DNA of 64,000 nt from Takakia lepidozioides (Eukaryota > Plantae > Bryophyta): contig CM060734.1 in NCBI GenBank assembly GCA_030704615.1, positions 37,572,001 to 37,636,000 of the forward strand. The letters are read 5' to 3'. Shown here one piece after another: positions 51,201-64,000 of this stretch. Position 1 is the stretch's first letter. Each line of letters opens with the position of its first letter. Made by a program: the position numbers and the translations under genes. The notes under the pieces are model-generated. The model was not told where the DNA came from. It ran no database searches and saw only the letters and a list, made by a program, of their open reading frames with translations.

Positions 51201-51558
51201 GCAAACACCAATTAAACATATACTCCTTGGGCAGCTGCTACTTGTTGCGTCTGATTCAGGAACGGATCGCTGAGTCTCCCACACTTTCCAGAACCCCCAA
51301 AATTGCACAAAACCCACAAACTTTCACAAAGATAGGCATGTGTTCACCTTTCTCCCGTATCCGTGTAAGCTGGGGAGGTGCTACAGCCATCATTCGCAAG
51401 GGTCTGGGGCCCGACTGTGCCAAGTTGGATATGCATTTCGCACCCACAGCCTGGCCCGATAATACTTTGCACGATGAGACTATACTCCTCCGTTCACCGC
51501 AAGGATTGTCAAGGACCTTGGGAATGGGCTCTCCCAGCGGGCTCAGGAGAGCTGCCAT
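48235..51558 (-). CDS. PLS-class PPR-E-DYW RNA-editing factor with N-terminal targeting peptide and OSB-type PDF motif; exons 51558-51348, 51194-51115, 50880-48235 (978 aa)
   Basis: Long P-L-S array (MYAKCG..DAR.VF), PGRSCIE, HSEKLAIAFG, CGDCH, C-terminal DYW. Three exons have GT-AG sites and compatible phases. Confidence 0.93.
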
Positions 51559-52689
51559 CGCCTGTGCATGTGACGAGCGCAGAGTGAAGGGACGGTCCGT
51601 GTTTCTCCTTCTGACTCCTCAGCGGGCACATATGTTCCCTTGTGTAATACACAATAAAATTCTCTCCCTCTTCCTTTCCTTCATTTGATATGTTTTACAC
51701 TGAAACCCACCGGCATTGCCTTTTTTCAGTTGTTAAGCTATGAAAACGATGATCACAACGTGACATTGCTGAATATAGTCTTCTCAACTGTTGCAAGGAG
51801 TTTGGAGGATGATGCAGTATTGTGCTGGAAAGAAGTTGATATGAAACAAGCAGTCATGAGACAGATGCACTCACCATCAGGGAAGGACATTCTCAAGTGT
51901 CAAGTAACTATTATAAAGTAGCTGAACGTTATCACAGCGTGTACATAGAAACATGAGTATTTTACAAAGCGGATGCCTCATTGGGACTGAGCGTCAAGTT
52001 AGTAGGGGACTTTCCCGTTCAAGCTCTAAACGATGTTATCTCCATCTTCTACCTATTCAGACGCACAGACCAGCACACCAGGCCAAGCTTGGAGATTAAT
52101 CTGCACAAACGAAGTGCTTTCGCTGGACAGAACCTACAGTCATTGTAGGCTACCAAGGGGAATATATATATGATGGTGGATTGACCACCATGAGACCCCA
52201 GAATAATTTCAGGGTTGGATCCTACTAAGATCACCCAATCAGATCTAGACTTTCACTATGTACTGATAGAATGTTGGTCTTGATAAAATGCTGTACCTAC
52301 TGGGGAGAGGAATCTGTGAACTATGTGGGCATCAGTCGGCCTCTTTACCTCCCTTTTCCCCCTATGTCCCTATCTCCCTTTTTCTTCGTAAGCAGTAACC
52401 ATAGAACTGCCTGGGGTGCAATGGCCTCTGACCGTGCAATTTTAGCCCTGTAGAGTGCCACCACTCCCCATTTCTCATTACCTGACTTATTTGTTTCATC
52501 TGTAGGCTTCCTTGGTATGAGTCATATTCCATCACTCAGAATGATTACCTGTAGAAACTAGACAAAATGCCACTGTGTTGTGTTGGGAAGATACTTCTGT
52601 CACCTCGTCACCTGCCTGTTGTCCAGATCTTCACATCAAATTCTTCATCTTTGCAGAGAACTAGGAAACAGTATGGCAGTAGATAGCTA

Positions 52690-55600
52690 CTACAAAGGAG
52701 GCCCAGCAGCCCAGTAGTTAGGGCGGCAAGCACTAGACGGTGTGTCATGGACAGTGGCCCATTTCCATGTGCCTTCTTCAGTCTTTTGCAGATCTGCAAG
52801 CTGCCACCACACAACCGACAAAATTGAGGTCATTTCCAAATGTCATGTCATTAAGAGTACAAAATTCATGAAAACAACTCATGTTTTAACCTGATTGAAA
52901 CCAAATGATGGGTTGGAAATTGCCGCGCTCTTGGACCTTTAACAAACAGGCATAGGTGTAGAAATTGGTTTACTCCTACAACAGTACAATTAGATTTCTT
53001 AGGGATTGACCCAGTTCAGCAGCCAATGTTAAGTCAGTACAACATTTACTGTTTGGCAGGAGAAAGTAGAAGAAACGATCGGAATTCAGACGTTTTCCTT
53101 TACAAGCTCCAATCTAATTATTGTCTATCCACCCAAATTCACCACTACAGTGCAAAGTTGCGCCCAGGTGGTTTTGTGAATGCCTAAAAGCTCCAACCCA
53201 AAGATGACAAGGTGAAGAATTGTACCCGACCATCCCGGAGCACAAATACAGCTGAGCCAACAGAGAGTGCTATAGGACGAACTGGCGCAACCTGCAATAT
53301 TTAGAGATTTTAGAACACGCTATTTACTATGTTGTGTCAAGCTTGGTTTTAAGCTGATAAGCCCAATGGAAACAGCTCTTTCCTTTACATACACAACTAC
53401 CTGAAAAAACAATTCTAGGTGATTGGTCGAAAAAGATAATACAAACGTGCATGCACCCAGCAGCCCCCCTCTGAATACGAGGGTACACTAATGCACACAC
53501 CAAGAAAAGGAACTCAGAAAATCAGTATGTGAATGTAAGATCATCAACAATATGTTTGCATGATTCAGCAGATCGAATGCAGATAAACTTGTGAGGATAA
53601 AAGACCAGATTTTCTTACCAAAGGGTTGCATTCACCATCGAATGAGACGTAGACATCAAGGACCCCAAACTTGAGATTGCTTTGGGCAAAGACGTTATTG
53701 TTTTCAAGGGGGCTCAGAATCATATCTCTCTCAGGCCCCTTGTGTTGAACTGCTGTTCCTTGTGGAGCTTGCATGGCAGTTTCTGGCCCAGGGTGTCCAT
53801 GATCAACCCAAATCCACTTGTCTTCCACGAGGTGTCGCCCAAAAACTCGCCCATCGGAGACAATCACAAACAAGTGTTCCCCCCCTATGGCAGGCCCTGG
53901 CGACGTGGCAATAGGAACTCCTGGTTTTGGGCACCCATGTTCTCGCCAACCCCACCCTTCCATGGCCTCCCAGTAGAATTCAACCAACCCGCCATCTTCA
54001 GCACGCATCAAAAGAGACCCTTTCGTGCTTTGAGAAATAGGTCGCATTGATGCCCCTAAGGCCACAGATTCAGCATGCCAATATTAGGAGAAGAATGCCA
54101 ACAAGGGAGAAAGGAAGGGAAGATGTGAGGGGTGACCCATATCACTTCCATGAGGGTAAGCTTTTGGGGCAGATAAACCCAGTGGCTAGGCCACTGTGGT
54201 GGAACTTTGTACCCACATGTGCCTATTTACTTCCCTTATTTAGGCAACCCAGCTGCAAGGTGGGTCACAGGGTAGACCAGGCAACTGACTACTAGGTCCA
54301 CGTATAGTCTCACCTTTGGGGTGCCAAGTCCAAACATGTTGAAGCTGCACCAAACTCACCAAACAACAACCCCTGCTAACTCGTCTCTTCTTCTGTTGAA
54401 TGAGTGTCCATGGCATGAAAAGATATAAAGAGAGAGCAGCAGTCAGCCTACTTTTTGAATTATAAAATACATCACCATTATGAACGCTCGAAAGTTTACC
54501 TGCTATCTTGGAGAGGATGATGTGAGAAGGTTGCTTGTGGGCATACCACAGCCGGGTTACCCTGTTGTACTGGTATAATTTTCCATTTCTCCCCACCACA
54601 AATACAACCCGATAACGTAGCATTTCTTGGTCTAATATGGCAGCAACACGAGTGTCTGGCGGATGGCCACAGTCTTCCCAGGCAAACTGCCGCAACGCTA
54701 CCTGCTTGAATGAGGCAGCTGGATTTCAAGAGATGTGAATGAAAATTCAGATTGACCACAAACAAACATGTGGATGACTTCATGACAGTGTGACACCAGT
54801 TTGGGTGTCATGTATCCACAGTAGGGGAGTTGAGCATCAAGTCAAATCCTACAGATTGTACTCATAAGACGTTGTTTGCCGTAGCCTTGTGGCCATTGAC
54901 CCCGCGCCCAGTTTGAGCGGGAACAAAAGGGACAGAACCTACCTCTGTCAGGGGCTGACGTTGGTAGTAAGACTTACCTCCATATAAAGAATTAATCCGG
55001 GTTTTCCAGATATCCTCTAGAAATCCCTTCACACAAGCATCAATCTGCTGTGTGTGATTTGCCCAAAAACTAGGCCTCAGGAGGGCCTGGGCTTTTGGCT
55101 CAGCCTCGAGACTTTCAAAGTTGGTAAACAGGGGTACAGGCACAATTCCCTTAATAGATTTGAAGAGAGCGTCTCTTTGGTGAGAGAACCCCGGACAGTG
55201 TATCAGAAAATGAATCCTGTCTTCAGATTGCCCACACAACGGGCAATTGCACTCTCCCTTTCCTCTCTGCTTCTGTTTGCTGTTCAAAGGTAGGCTTCCT
55301 GCCCTGAGTTTAAATTTCAGTCTAGTGCCGAGAGTGGGTAGACCCTTGAGGTCATCCAAGATGTCCTCCCCCATGTCACAGACTGGAAACAAGTTCAGGG
55401 AAGTTTTCTGCCTAACTTCATTTTCATCAGACAATCTCATGGCAACAGACATGGCTGAGGACACTACAGCCTCCAAGTCAGATTTATCCAGCAGGGTCAA
55501 GACTTGCGGATCCAGGTCCAGGTCCTTGAGAATCTCTTCTACTCTCTTCTGCCAGGACTTAGCCTGTTTGACAGGGCGGTCCTGTTTCCAAGATATAGAG

Positions 55601-58600
55601 TCGATTAACTTAGGATATCTGGTGTTGGGCATATGTTGCAGCTGACCCCACCATCTGACCTTGAATTCATCTCGTCGGGAGCTTAGGGACGGAATGCCAA
55701 ACTCACCCCGAACAGCCACATTGCTGTTTTGGAGCTTGCTGACATACACTCCTTAAGCACCCCCACTTGAATGGATTCTAGAGACTTAGCCTGGTTGGAG
55801 TTATCAACCCATATAGCAGATCCGTTACTCCAAGGCAGGTCTAATAACGCGACAAAGCATGGTTTTCTTAACCTCAGAGTTGACCCCTCTGCAGTGGAAA
55901 AATTTAGTGAGAGCTTTGCCCTTGCCAGTTTGAACAACTTTCCGGATATGTGCAGCCCAATTACAATTGGAGGAGAACTCAACGCCCAGGTAAGTGTAGG
56001 AAGGGAGGACCGGGATCTCTTGGCTACCCCACTGCCACTTAAGATCACTTCCTCCCTCTCCTCTGTCGTTGAATGCTACCACTGCAAATTTGCTGACATT
56101 AGCCTCTAGCCCCCAAAGATCAAAGTATCTCTTCGCGCAATCAATCAACTCCTGGAGATTGGTTGGAGTCTCCCCTATGCCTGCGAAGTCATCCGCAAAC
56201 ATAAGGGCTGGTATGGTGGTATCACCCACCCTTAACCCAAATCCCTCACTTTCCACATCCTCGAGGAGTTGATTGATGAAAACATTGAAGAGCAGAGGGG
56301 AGAGAGTACATGCTTGAGCTACACCTTGGTCTATGTCAAAGAAGTTGGACTTCTGTCCGTTAACAGTGACACAGCTTTTGGTGTGAGCATACAAATTTTG
56401 GACAACTCTCCACATCTTTCCCTTGATCCCACAAGACCAGAGGCGGAACCATAGGCCATCTCTCCACACTGTGTCATAAGCCTTTTTGACATCCAGGAAA
56501 AAGACATAAGTGGGTTTCCCTTCTTTTTTCCTTCCCTGGATAATCTGGCTTAGAGTGAAGATATGATCCAAACAGCGCCTGTTTCGCCGAAAGCCAGCTT
56601 GGCCTTCGTGGAAACAACCTCTAGACTCCAGATCAACCTCGAGACGAGTACTTATAACTCTGCAGAATGTCTTGCCAACAGCATTGAGGAGCGTGATGCC
56701 ACGGTAGTTCCCCGGTTCTTCTCTGTCACCCTTCTTGTATAGATTGACAATGACCCCCTGTCGCCAGCGAAAGGGGATCATTTCAGTCTTCCAGATAAGG
56801 TTAAAGAGGAGAACTAGGGCCTCTATGATGGGATCGCCACCGTGCTTGATAAGCTCGTTGACAATTCCATCAGGTCCACCAGCTTTATATCCATTTAAAT
56901 GTTCAATTGCTTCCACAATCTCAGAAGAACTAATGGGAGCATTATAAGCCATTGAAATATACTCCAGTTCATCAGGGCTGTTTTGAATCATAGGAACAGT
57001 TTTTCCAACTGTGTCCCTCCATTCAGCAGAAGACCCCTCACTGTTAGACCTAGAAGTTCTGCCAAGGATACTGTAGTGAGTTTCAAAGGTTTTGACAATG
57101 TAAATCGATGAAGTCACCACTGCACCTTTAGTAGTCTTCAGCGCTTGTACTTGCTGACCGTTTTTCGGCTTGTACAAACGTTGAAGGGCCAACCAGAATT
57201 TCTTGTCAATACCACCATGGTGGTTTGAGTTTATTTCACTGTATAACTTGTCCCAGTATAATTTCTTCTGAGACCTAACAAGCTGATTGATATCTTTACG
57301 GAGCTGGTAGTACCTCGCCCACAATTCTCTGTTGGTTTCCAAATTGCAGCACTCTTTATAGAGGGCTCGTCTCTCAGCTATCTTGAGTTTAATCTCATTA
57401 GTCCACCAATTAACTGCTCTACCGCAGACAATTAGTTTCCTCCCAATGATCTTGTCAGCCACGGAGGAAACGAAACTCTCCCAAGAGTCCACTGCTCTTT
57501 CGACTTCATTTCTTGCGTTAACAGAGCGTGACTGAAGTTCTTGGAGCGATCGGACAAAATGAGGGAGAGCCTCTTGCAAGGCCTGGACGTACTCAGCCTT
57601 GACCTCCTCATTGTGGAATTTTTCTATGCGCCACTTCCGAATCGAACGTTTCACAGATCTCTTCGTGGTGGGAAAACACCTTTTGATCTCAGTCCAAACC
57701 AGGAAGTGGTCAGAGGTACCAATATCAGTTCTGTCGATCAACACATTGGCACACTGGGGGAACAAAATTTTGTCCATTATGATATAGTCCACAATGGAAC
57801 GTTCCCCAGTTTGGGGTTTCTCACGAGTCCACTGCACTTGGTCACCTCTTGTCCTGTTATTCAAGGTCAAAAGCTGAAGCTCTTCTAGACAGTTAATTAA
57901 CCGTCTGCCATTAGAATTCAGCTCGTCCTCACCAAAAGGTCCAATGATATCCTCCTGATGGATCCCTTTGCCCACCCGGGCATTGAAGTCCCCCAATAGT
58001 ACCACCTGACCTTTGGCAAGGAACGAAGCACAGTCCAGCTTTACATCTTCGAAGGCCTTGTCTGCGTCAGCACTAAGGGTCCCCTCTGTGGGCATGTAAA
58101 CACAACCAACAAAGAGGTCCTTTGTACTTATGCCGCACTTCAAATTCAGTTTTAGCCAGATACTATGCTCGTACCTCAAACCCTACAGAAAGACGTTGCT
58201 ACGTGGACTTTTGAACACTCAAAAGACACAAAAACAGCCACAAAGGTGCAGAGAAGCAGTCAATGTTCCTTGCACTAGCATATGCTTTGTGAATTAAAAC
58301 AACAATTTCCTTGACTTCACACCTTGAAATCCCTGGAAAAACTGGAAAGACTGCTTACCAGAAACTCCAGCAATCGACCGTTTTCATCGAGAAAGAAAAG
58401 TGCATCATCCACTGTGACCAGACGAGTCTCCCCGAGCAAACCAGGATCCCATGGAGGTCCCGCAATGACTTTTCTTCCTCCCTCCATTTCTGTACAATTC
58501 AGCCACCTCAATGCATCCCCAAGCCTTTCTCGCATCAAAAGATATCCATCGGTGTCAACAGCAAACAGACTGCCGTTGTAAACCCCAAGAACACCAGCAA

Positions 58601-61600
58601 TTCGAATTGTGTGCACGTGAGTCAGCCATAGCCAGGCCTCCCCATTGAAAAAACGTTCAATTGCTACTCCATCCCTACCTACTGAGAAAAGAGATTTGTC
58701 AGCCTGGATCAATCGCAACTTGAACATTGTCTCAATGCTCTGGTTAAAGGGACGCCTAAGCAGGGGGGGATCAATTCCAGAACTCTTTGTAGCTCTAGGA
58801 TGCTCAGCTGACTGAGTTCCGGGGCTGGTACGTGAACGTGATCCTTTCCCCCCTGACCTCTTCTGTTGTGAGACATCGGTCGAGAATGCCAGCTGGCTAC
58901 TCCAGCCAGGCGTGTCCTTGCTACCTTCAAGGCAATTTGCAGGTCCACGCATTGCAGTGCAGTACTCGGCATTTCCTCCTTCAGACTCGGGGACTTCATG
59001 AATTGACCACATGTAGCCAGCCACTTGCCGTTTCCCAGTGCTGGAAACTGCACCAAGTGTGGGGCCTCCTAAGCCTGAAAGGTGGAGTTCCCCAATCCGT
59101 CCATCTGCTACAGGGAAGAACAACCGTCCACTGCTGAGAGTGACTCCCGCCACAGAGCTTGTCACAGCTGCTTGAAGAGGATGCTTATGGGTCACCCACG
59201 TGCCTTTCTCATCTGCCGCATTTCGGGTGCTTCGGGACGTACCTAAGGAGCGTTACAAATTGGGCCCATGTTATGTTACGGGATCCACCACATTTGAACC
59301 TGTCTGATAGGCAAGAAAGAAAAAACTTTACATCCACAGGAAGCCCAAAGTTACTAATGGGAAATAACTAAGAACATTGCCCAAAAGGCCTATGGGACTT
59401 ATATCACTTCCCAAAGATGGAGTGGCTTATAACGGAGGTGATGATCACATCCACCACAATCCCAAAGTCGGTTCAGGCAGGGACTATGTCCTCAAAGTAA
59501 CATGAGAGTCAATGTCCACAGGGAACTGTCAACGGACGCATCCCTCCCTCTTCAACGCATTGTGATGACAACTGTGAAGTGCACAATGTCTGTCAACAAA
59601 ATTTGTGGGGTACAGATCCCTGATAAGATGGGAGAAAATAATTACCAGACAACTTATACTCCAAGACATGACCATGCTGAGATGTGAGGAAGATAGAGGC
59701 ACCAGCCCTCCCCACTGACATGTCCTTCTCCACCAACTTAGGGCCCAGTGACAGACTCAGGCGAGCATCATTGGGAGGGAGAGGGTGCAGTAGCCACCGC
59801 CATTTGCTGTATTGCAACCGCCGTTCTACTAGGAAACCATCCTGCAACCCTTCACATCAGCATTCCGCTTCTTTCATACACTAAACAGTGTCAACACAGT
59901 CCATCTTCTCCAAGCATAAGAAGCAGTTGTGAAAAACCCAAAAAGACAGATCTGGAATTGGCGTCCTGCTAAGCCATGAAGTGTATCATGATACCTTTCA
60001 AAGCGCCCGAGTGTCAGTTCCTATCATACAGGAGTAAAGGACAAAAATTCAACCATGTCAAGCTCCTACAAAGACCACAACTTCGCTTGCAACCATTGCA
60101 ACAATTCCACCCTACAACCATAAATCCCGGCAGGTACCAAGCCAACAATCTGTATTTTGAGGCATACATCCTTGTTGCATGCATGTGTCGATGAAAGAAC
60201 CACGCATGAGCATCCCAAACCAAAAAATTAACTATTCTGCCTTACTGGCCTTCTCCTAAGAAATCTATCCTCGTGGTACCTTTGTCAATAAAAAGAGAGA
60301 GGCACTGCCTGGCCCTGCTAAGCCATGCACAGCAACGCCACTGCAGGCAGCGAGCGGCAGGTCTTCTAGAGCTGAGCCCTCCCTAACATGTTTTTTCCAA
60401 GCAGGTTTAGACCCAATGTCAAACTCGTAGAGATCACCACTCGTGCTGCAGCCCACATGCAAAATTCGGTCTTTCCTTTAGTAATGAGTCATACTAGCAC
60501 CCTAAAATTTTCATAACATGAACCACCATCGTACAAATCTCTCACGGCCTCCTCGCTCTGTGCATGAGATGCCACTTACTTGAATTTACATTTTTATAGC
60601 TCCATCCACCTACACGACGTAAGATTATACAACGTAGTACAATTGAGATGAACGATGTACAAGTACATCTGATTTCTGTCATTGTTTATCTTTACTCTAA
60701 AGGTAGAAGGCTAGACATTTCAGTTACAGACGGACACATTCTGAGTCGTCTTTGTTTTGTTTTAAAAGGTCAATCGCCCTTGTGCCAAGGACTAAGTTCC
60801 TATAGTTCCCTTCCAACATTTACTAGTGAAAATCCGCTTCTCAGCAATAGAGCATATTACCAACACCATGGATTGACTGGAAGACACTATAGCTCCACCA
60901 GTCAATAGTATGAAATAGATTGGAAAGGAACATCCACAAGAAGTACCTAACAGTAAAAACGACACCTGGCCGTAGAGTTTTTGCATCCGCCACTGCCGCA
61001 ATGTCTCCACCACGTGGATGCTGATGATTTGCCCATCTTTTGACCACACATCCCTTCCCCCTTCAGAAAGTGAAGTGCACAGCCACAACACATTTGCAGA
61101 GGAGGAATAGATGCAATTTCCTTTTATCAGCATACAAATGCTCACACCCTTGAAGAGATGGATACTTACTTGATCGGATGCAGTGTCAAGAGTTCGGTCA
61201 ATGATCCATCTGAGGTGGCAAAGTAGAGGGCCCTGTTGATTCATTGGCACAAAATGAGCGAGATTAGTTCCTTCGAGTCTGAGGTCATGATCATGGCCAG
61301 TTCACTGGTTCAGAGATGTAGTCACAAACAAAACAAGAGAAAGACCTACCTGCCATCCTCAGACACAAGGCCAGGTTTGCGGAGAGTGACACTGCTAGAG
61401 CTCACTCCTGAGTCCGCATAGCTTGTGGGCAACCATGGCCCACATTGCACCCAATGCAGCTGACCTGTTCCATCAACTTGAAGCTGTTCCAGCATATGCA
61501 TCCACCACAAGCAGTAAATTTCCCATGATAGAGGGGGAAGAGCTTGGTCAAAGGGTGAGAGAAGGGCGGGGGCAGGAACAGAGGACAGAGTTGAGAACAC

Positions 61601-63296
61601 CTGAACCCTGACACTTCAGCACAAATACAATAGCATTGCCTTGTAGTCATAGCCCCATTGAAAAGTTCAATGCAACCGGATGGTTGACAACCTTATGGCA
61701 TTCAAACTCAAATATACACAGGAGCAAGCGTTACATGCTCAGCAAAAAAGCCTACCAGTACCCAATCGATACCCGCATAAGAACTGCAAAAGATGAAAAC
61801 CTGGTAAAGCAAGCCTGGCTCAGACTGGGCCAGCATTGTACGGTTCACACTCATGACAGAGATGGCACGTCCAGCAGAAACCGGCAGATCATGTGGGATA
61901 ACAACCCACTGGACACCATTCCAAAATCTCTCATAAATTGCCCCGCTCTCTCCTGAATTCCAGAGTGAGACGTCTGAGAACCGTGTCATTGAGAATCTCC
62001 CTTGGTAGGGCAGCAGTGGTGGCTGTTTCTGTACCAGGTTTCAACGTTGGTTGTTAGCAAGAATACTGACTGATGAAAAAAATTCATGTTGCAGTGAGTG
62101 AAACGGGCAAAACATAAAAGAAGCACAGCCTTTCTTTTTGAGCCACTCAATTGGAGGTGGCCTCTGGTTGACTATCACTTTCAAGAACGACTTGTCAATC
62201 AACAAGCCAAGTCATGACTCAAGAGGTAGAAGGGACAATAGGGTCCTGAATCTCCATAAACAGGTTTCCTAGAACTCAATCGAGGAAATTGAGGTTTGTA
62301 AGGTCAGAGAGGAAGGCATGTCAACAACGAGGGGAAGGAAGCTTACTCTAAATCTCTTGTGGGTCTTTGATGAACAAAAGAAATTTCAGGAACTTCAGGG
62401 GCCTTCCGACACTGCGGATTAGACTGAAGTTCAAACTCAGAGTAGCTTACCCCTGACTGGTAATGACCCAGTTGGGGGGAAATAACAACATGTGGCTATC
62501 TGTGGACATGATGGAAGAACAGTGTCCGTTACTGGTGCAATGAGTAGGAATTTTTCTGAGCTAGAGAGTACTGGTTGCAATCATCACAAGGATTGTTCTT
62601 GCACCTCTGTATGATAAAAATCAATTATCTCCAGATAGAAAGAAAAGCCCTGACCCACCTTGATTTCAAATTTTAGGGGTAACTATCACATAGAGTTGAT
62701 ACGATTATCCCGGTCTTCCTGTGTCAAACCTTATTTACATTGGTGATGTCCCACTACTGGACATTGCCCTCCAAGAAGACAGTGGCCCTCCTGCTGGTCA
62801 TGCCCTGTCCAAACTGGGCATGGGTTTTTATGTCCTCAAGGCTACAGCAGGCTTATTACCGCGCAGTTGAAAAGTATACCTTTTCTGGTGCATTGACAGA
62901 GCCACTTTCATTAACCTCATGTGTGATTCCCAACGCAACCCTGTCCTCCTGCAGTTGTGCATTTTCCTGTCCATTTTTCTTTTCAGAGCTTGTGGAGCTC
63001 TCCTCGTTATTGGTTCCGATTTCTGGAGCGGTCAACGATCCCAAGCCAGATGAATCCGAGCTACCCAAAGCCCAACTGGGCAGAAGGCAGCTTATGTCAG
63101 CTAGGCGCCAGGTCTTCGATGCAGGGTCGTAAGCCCAAAATTCACTCGAGCGTTGCACAAATCTGGAAGGGTAGAGGGGACCTCCCAGAGACAGATAGCT
63201 TCCCAAGACAAAGGGAGCAGAGAGAGACGAGAGAGCGAAGGCATGTTGGGCGACCACAAGTGCCAAAGCCACCCTTAAAAAGGTCAATCGTGTCAT
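52690..63296 (-). CDS. Multi-exon secreted/membrane-anchored protein with WxWxxHGxP repeats (probable lectin-like beta-propeller), function unknown
   Basis: Signal-peptide-like start MTRLTFLRVALALVVAQHAFA. Exons include 63296-62880, 62028-61801, 61483-61350, about 61232-61170, 61040-60950, 60450-60280, 59870-59650, 59300-58350, 54710-54500, 54060-53740, 53290-53226, 52800-52690. Repeats YERFWNGVQWVVIPH, WRWLLHPLP, WIWVDHGHP. Confidence 0.8.
54856..58175 (-). mobile_element. 5'-truncated LINE (APE-RT-CCHC; RTEX/L2-like) in an intron, with ~14-bp TSD
   Basis: LLGDFNARVG, IVDYI, SDH, KAGGPDG, NYRGITL, FLDVKKAYD, QGVAQACTLSP, FADD, YTYLG, CPLC..EDRIHFLIHC. Two frameshifts near 55825 and 55750. 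TCAAA(T/C)CCTACAGA at 54842-54855 and 58176-58189. Confidence 0.92.
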
Positions 63297-64000
63297 CTCA
63301 TTTTCTGATCCGGGGGTCCTGAAATATCTTCTTGGTATCTAAGATCTCTCCTGCAAGAGTCCAGTCGATTTGCAAAGTTACAGGGTAGATTAAGGTTCAC
63401 ATCCAAAAGTTGAGGGTGACTTGAATAGTTTTCAAACGAAACTCAACAATTGGAGCCCGGCAGTCAGGCCTTCATATATACTCTCGTGTTCTCTATACTT
63501 CAACCCTGCTCCTTGTCTGCCAAGTTAGAACAAGGATGAACGCTCCTCCTGAACCTAGGAGTTTATAACCAACCCCTTCCAGTAGAACTTCTTTCAGATT
63601 TCCTCACCCCATTGAAAGCCCCTGTTGGAACCTTGAACTCAATCCAATTACCATACTATGCTAGTGGGTCCTTGATTCAAATCATGTCGCACTCCTCTGG
63701 TAGGCCAAACGATTCCAAATTAATGTGTCCGCCAGCAAACTTCTCGTCTTCCTGGGTCCATAGAGGTCTCTTCCCTAGCGTTCAAACCCCAAGTTGAGAT
63801 ATCGGATTCACCCCTCTGGAGCATTCAGACATATTTGTGCCCTCCTGTTCTCAAACACAAGCATAAGCATAAGCATAAGAATATGTTTTGCAACTGCAAG
63901 TGCACATTTTTTACAGCATAGAACAGGTTGCAAGATGTTTCTACCACGATTTTACCAACGGAATTCATCTCCACACAGCAGCTCAGAGTCGAACCTCATA

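Overview
Repeat-rich nuclear DNA of a land plant, probably a non-seed plant such as a moss, lycophyte or fern (inferred from GT-AG introns, TTTAGGG motifs, a PLS-DYW PPR gene and the TE types). Only two genes look intact, both on the minus strand. One is a 3-exon PLS-E-DYW PPR RNA-editing factor with an unusual N-terminal OSB-type PDF motif (48235-51558). The other is a multi-exon secreted WxWxxHGxP-repeat, probable beta-propeller protein (52690-63296) with a LINE in one intron. The first ~46 kb is nested mobile DNA: (i) a Penelope-like RT element with ~1.26-kb direct repeats, split by a Pack-CACTA carrying O-methyltransferase and PDF-motif exons; (ii) a ~4.4-kb hairpin/tandem-repeat-bounded unit with a spliced, decayed beta-class DNA amino-methyltransferase (N6A/N4C)-like gene; (iii) a LINE whose RT is split by a ~22-kb composite CACTA block. 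That block holds a CACTA transposase, a SET-domain gene, a Sola-like DDE transposase interrupted by a solo LTR, and a multi-FCP1/HAD phosphatase gene. The most striking theme is transposons carrying chromatin/DNA-modifying cargo. All calls are by-eye motif recognition; no database searches were run.
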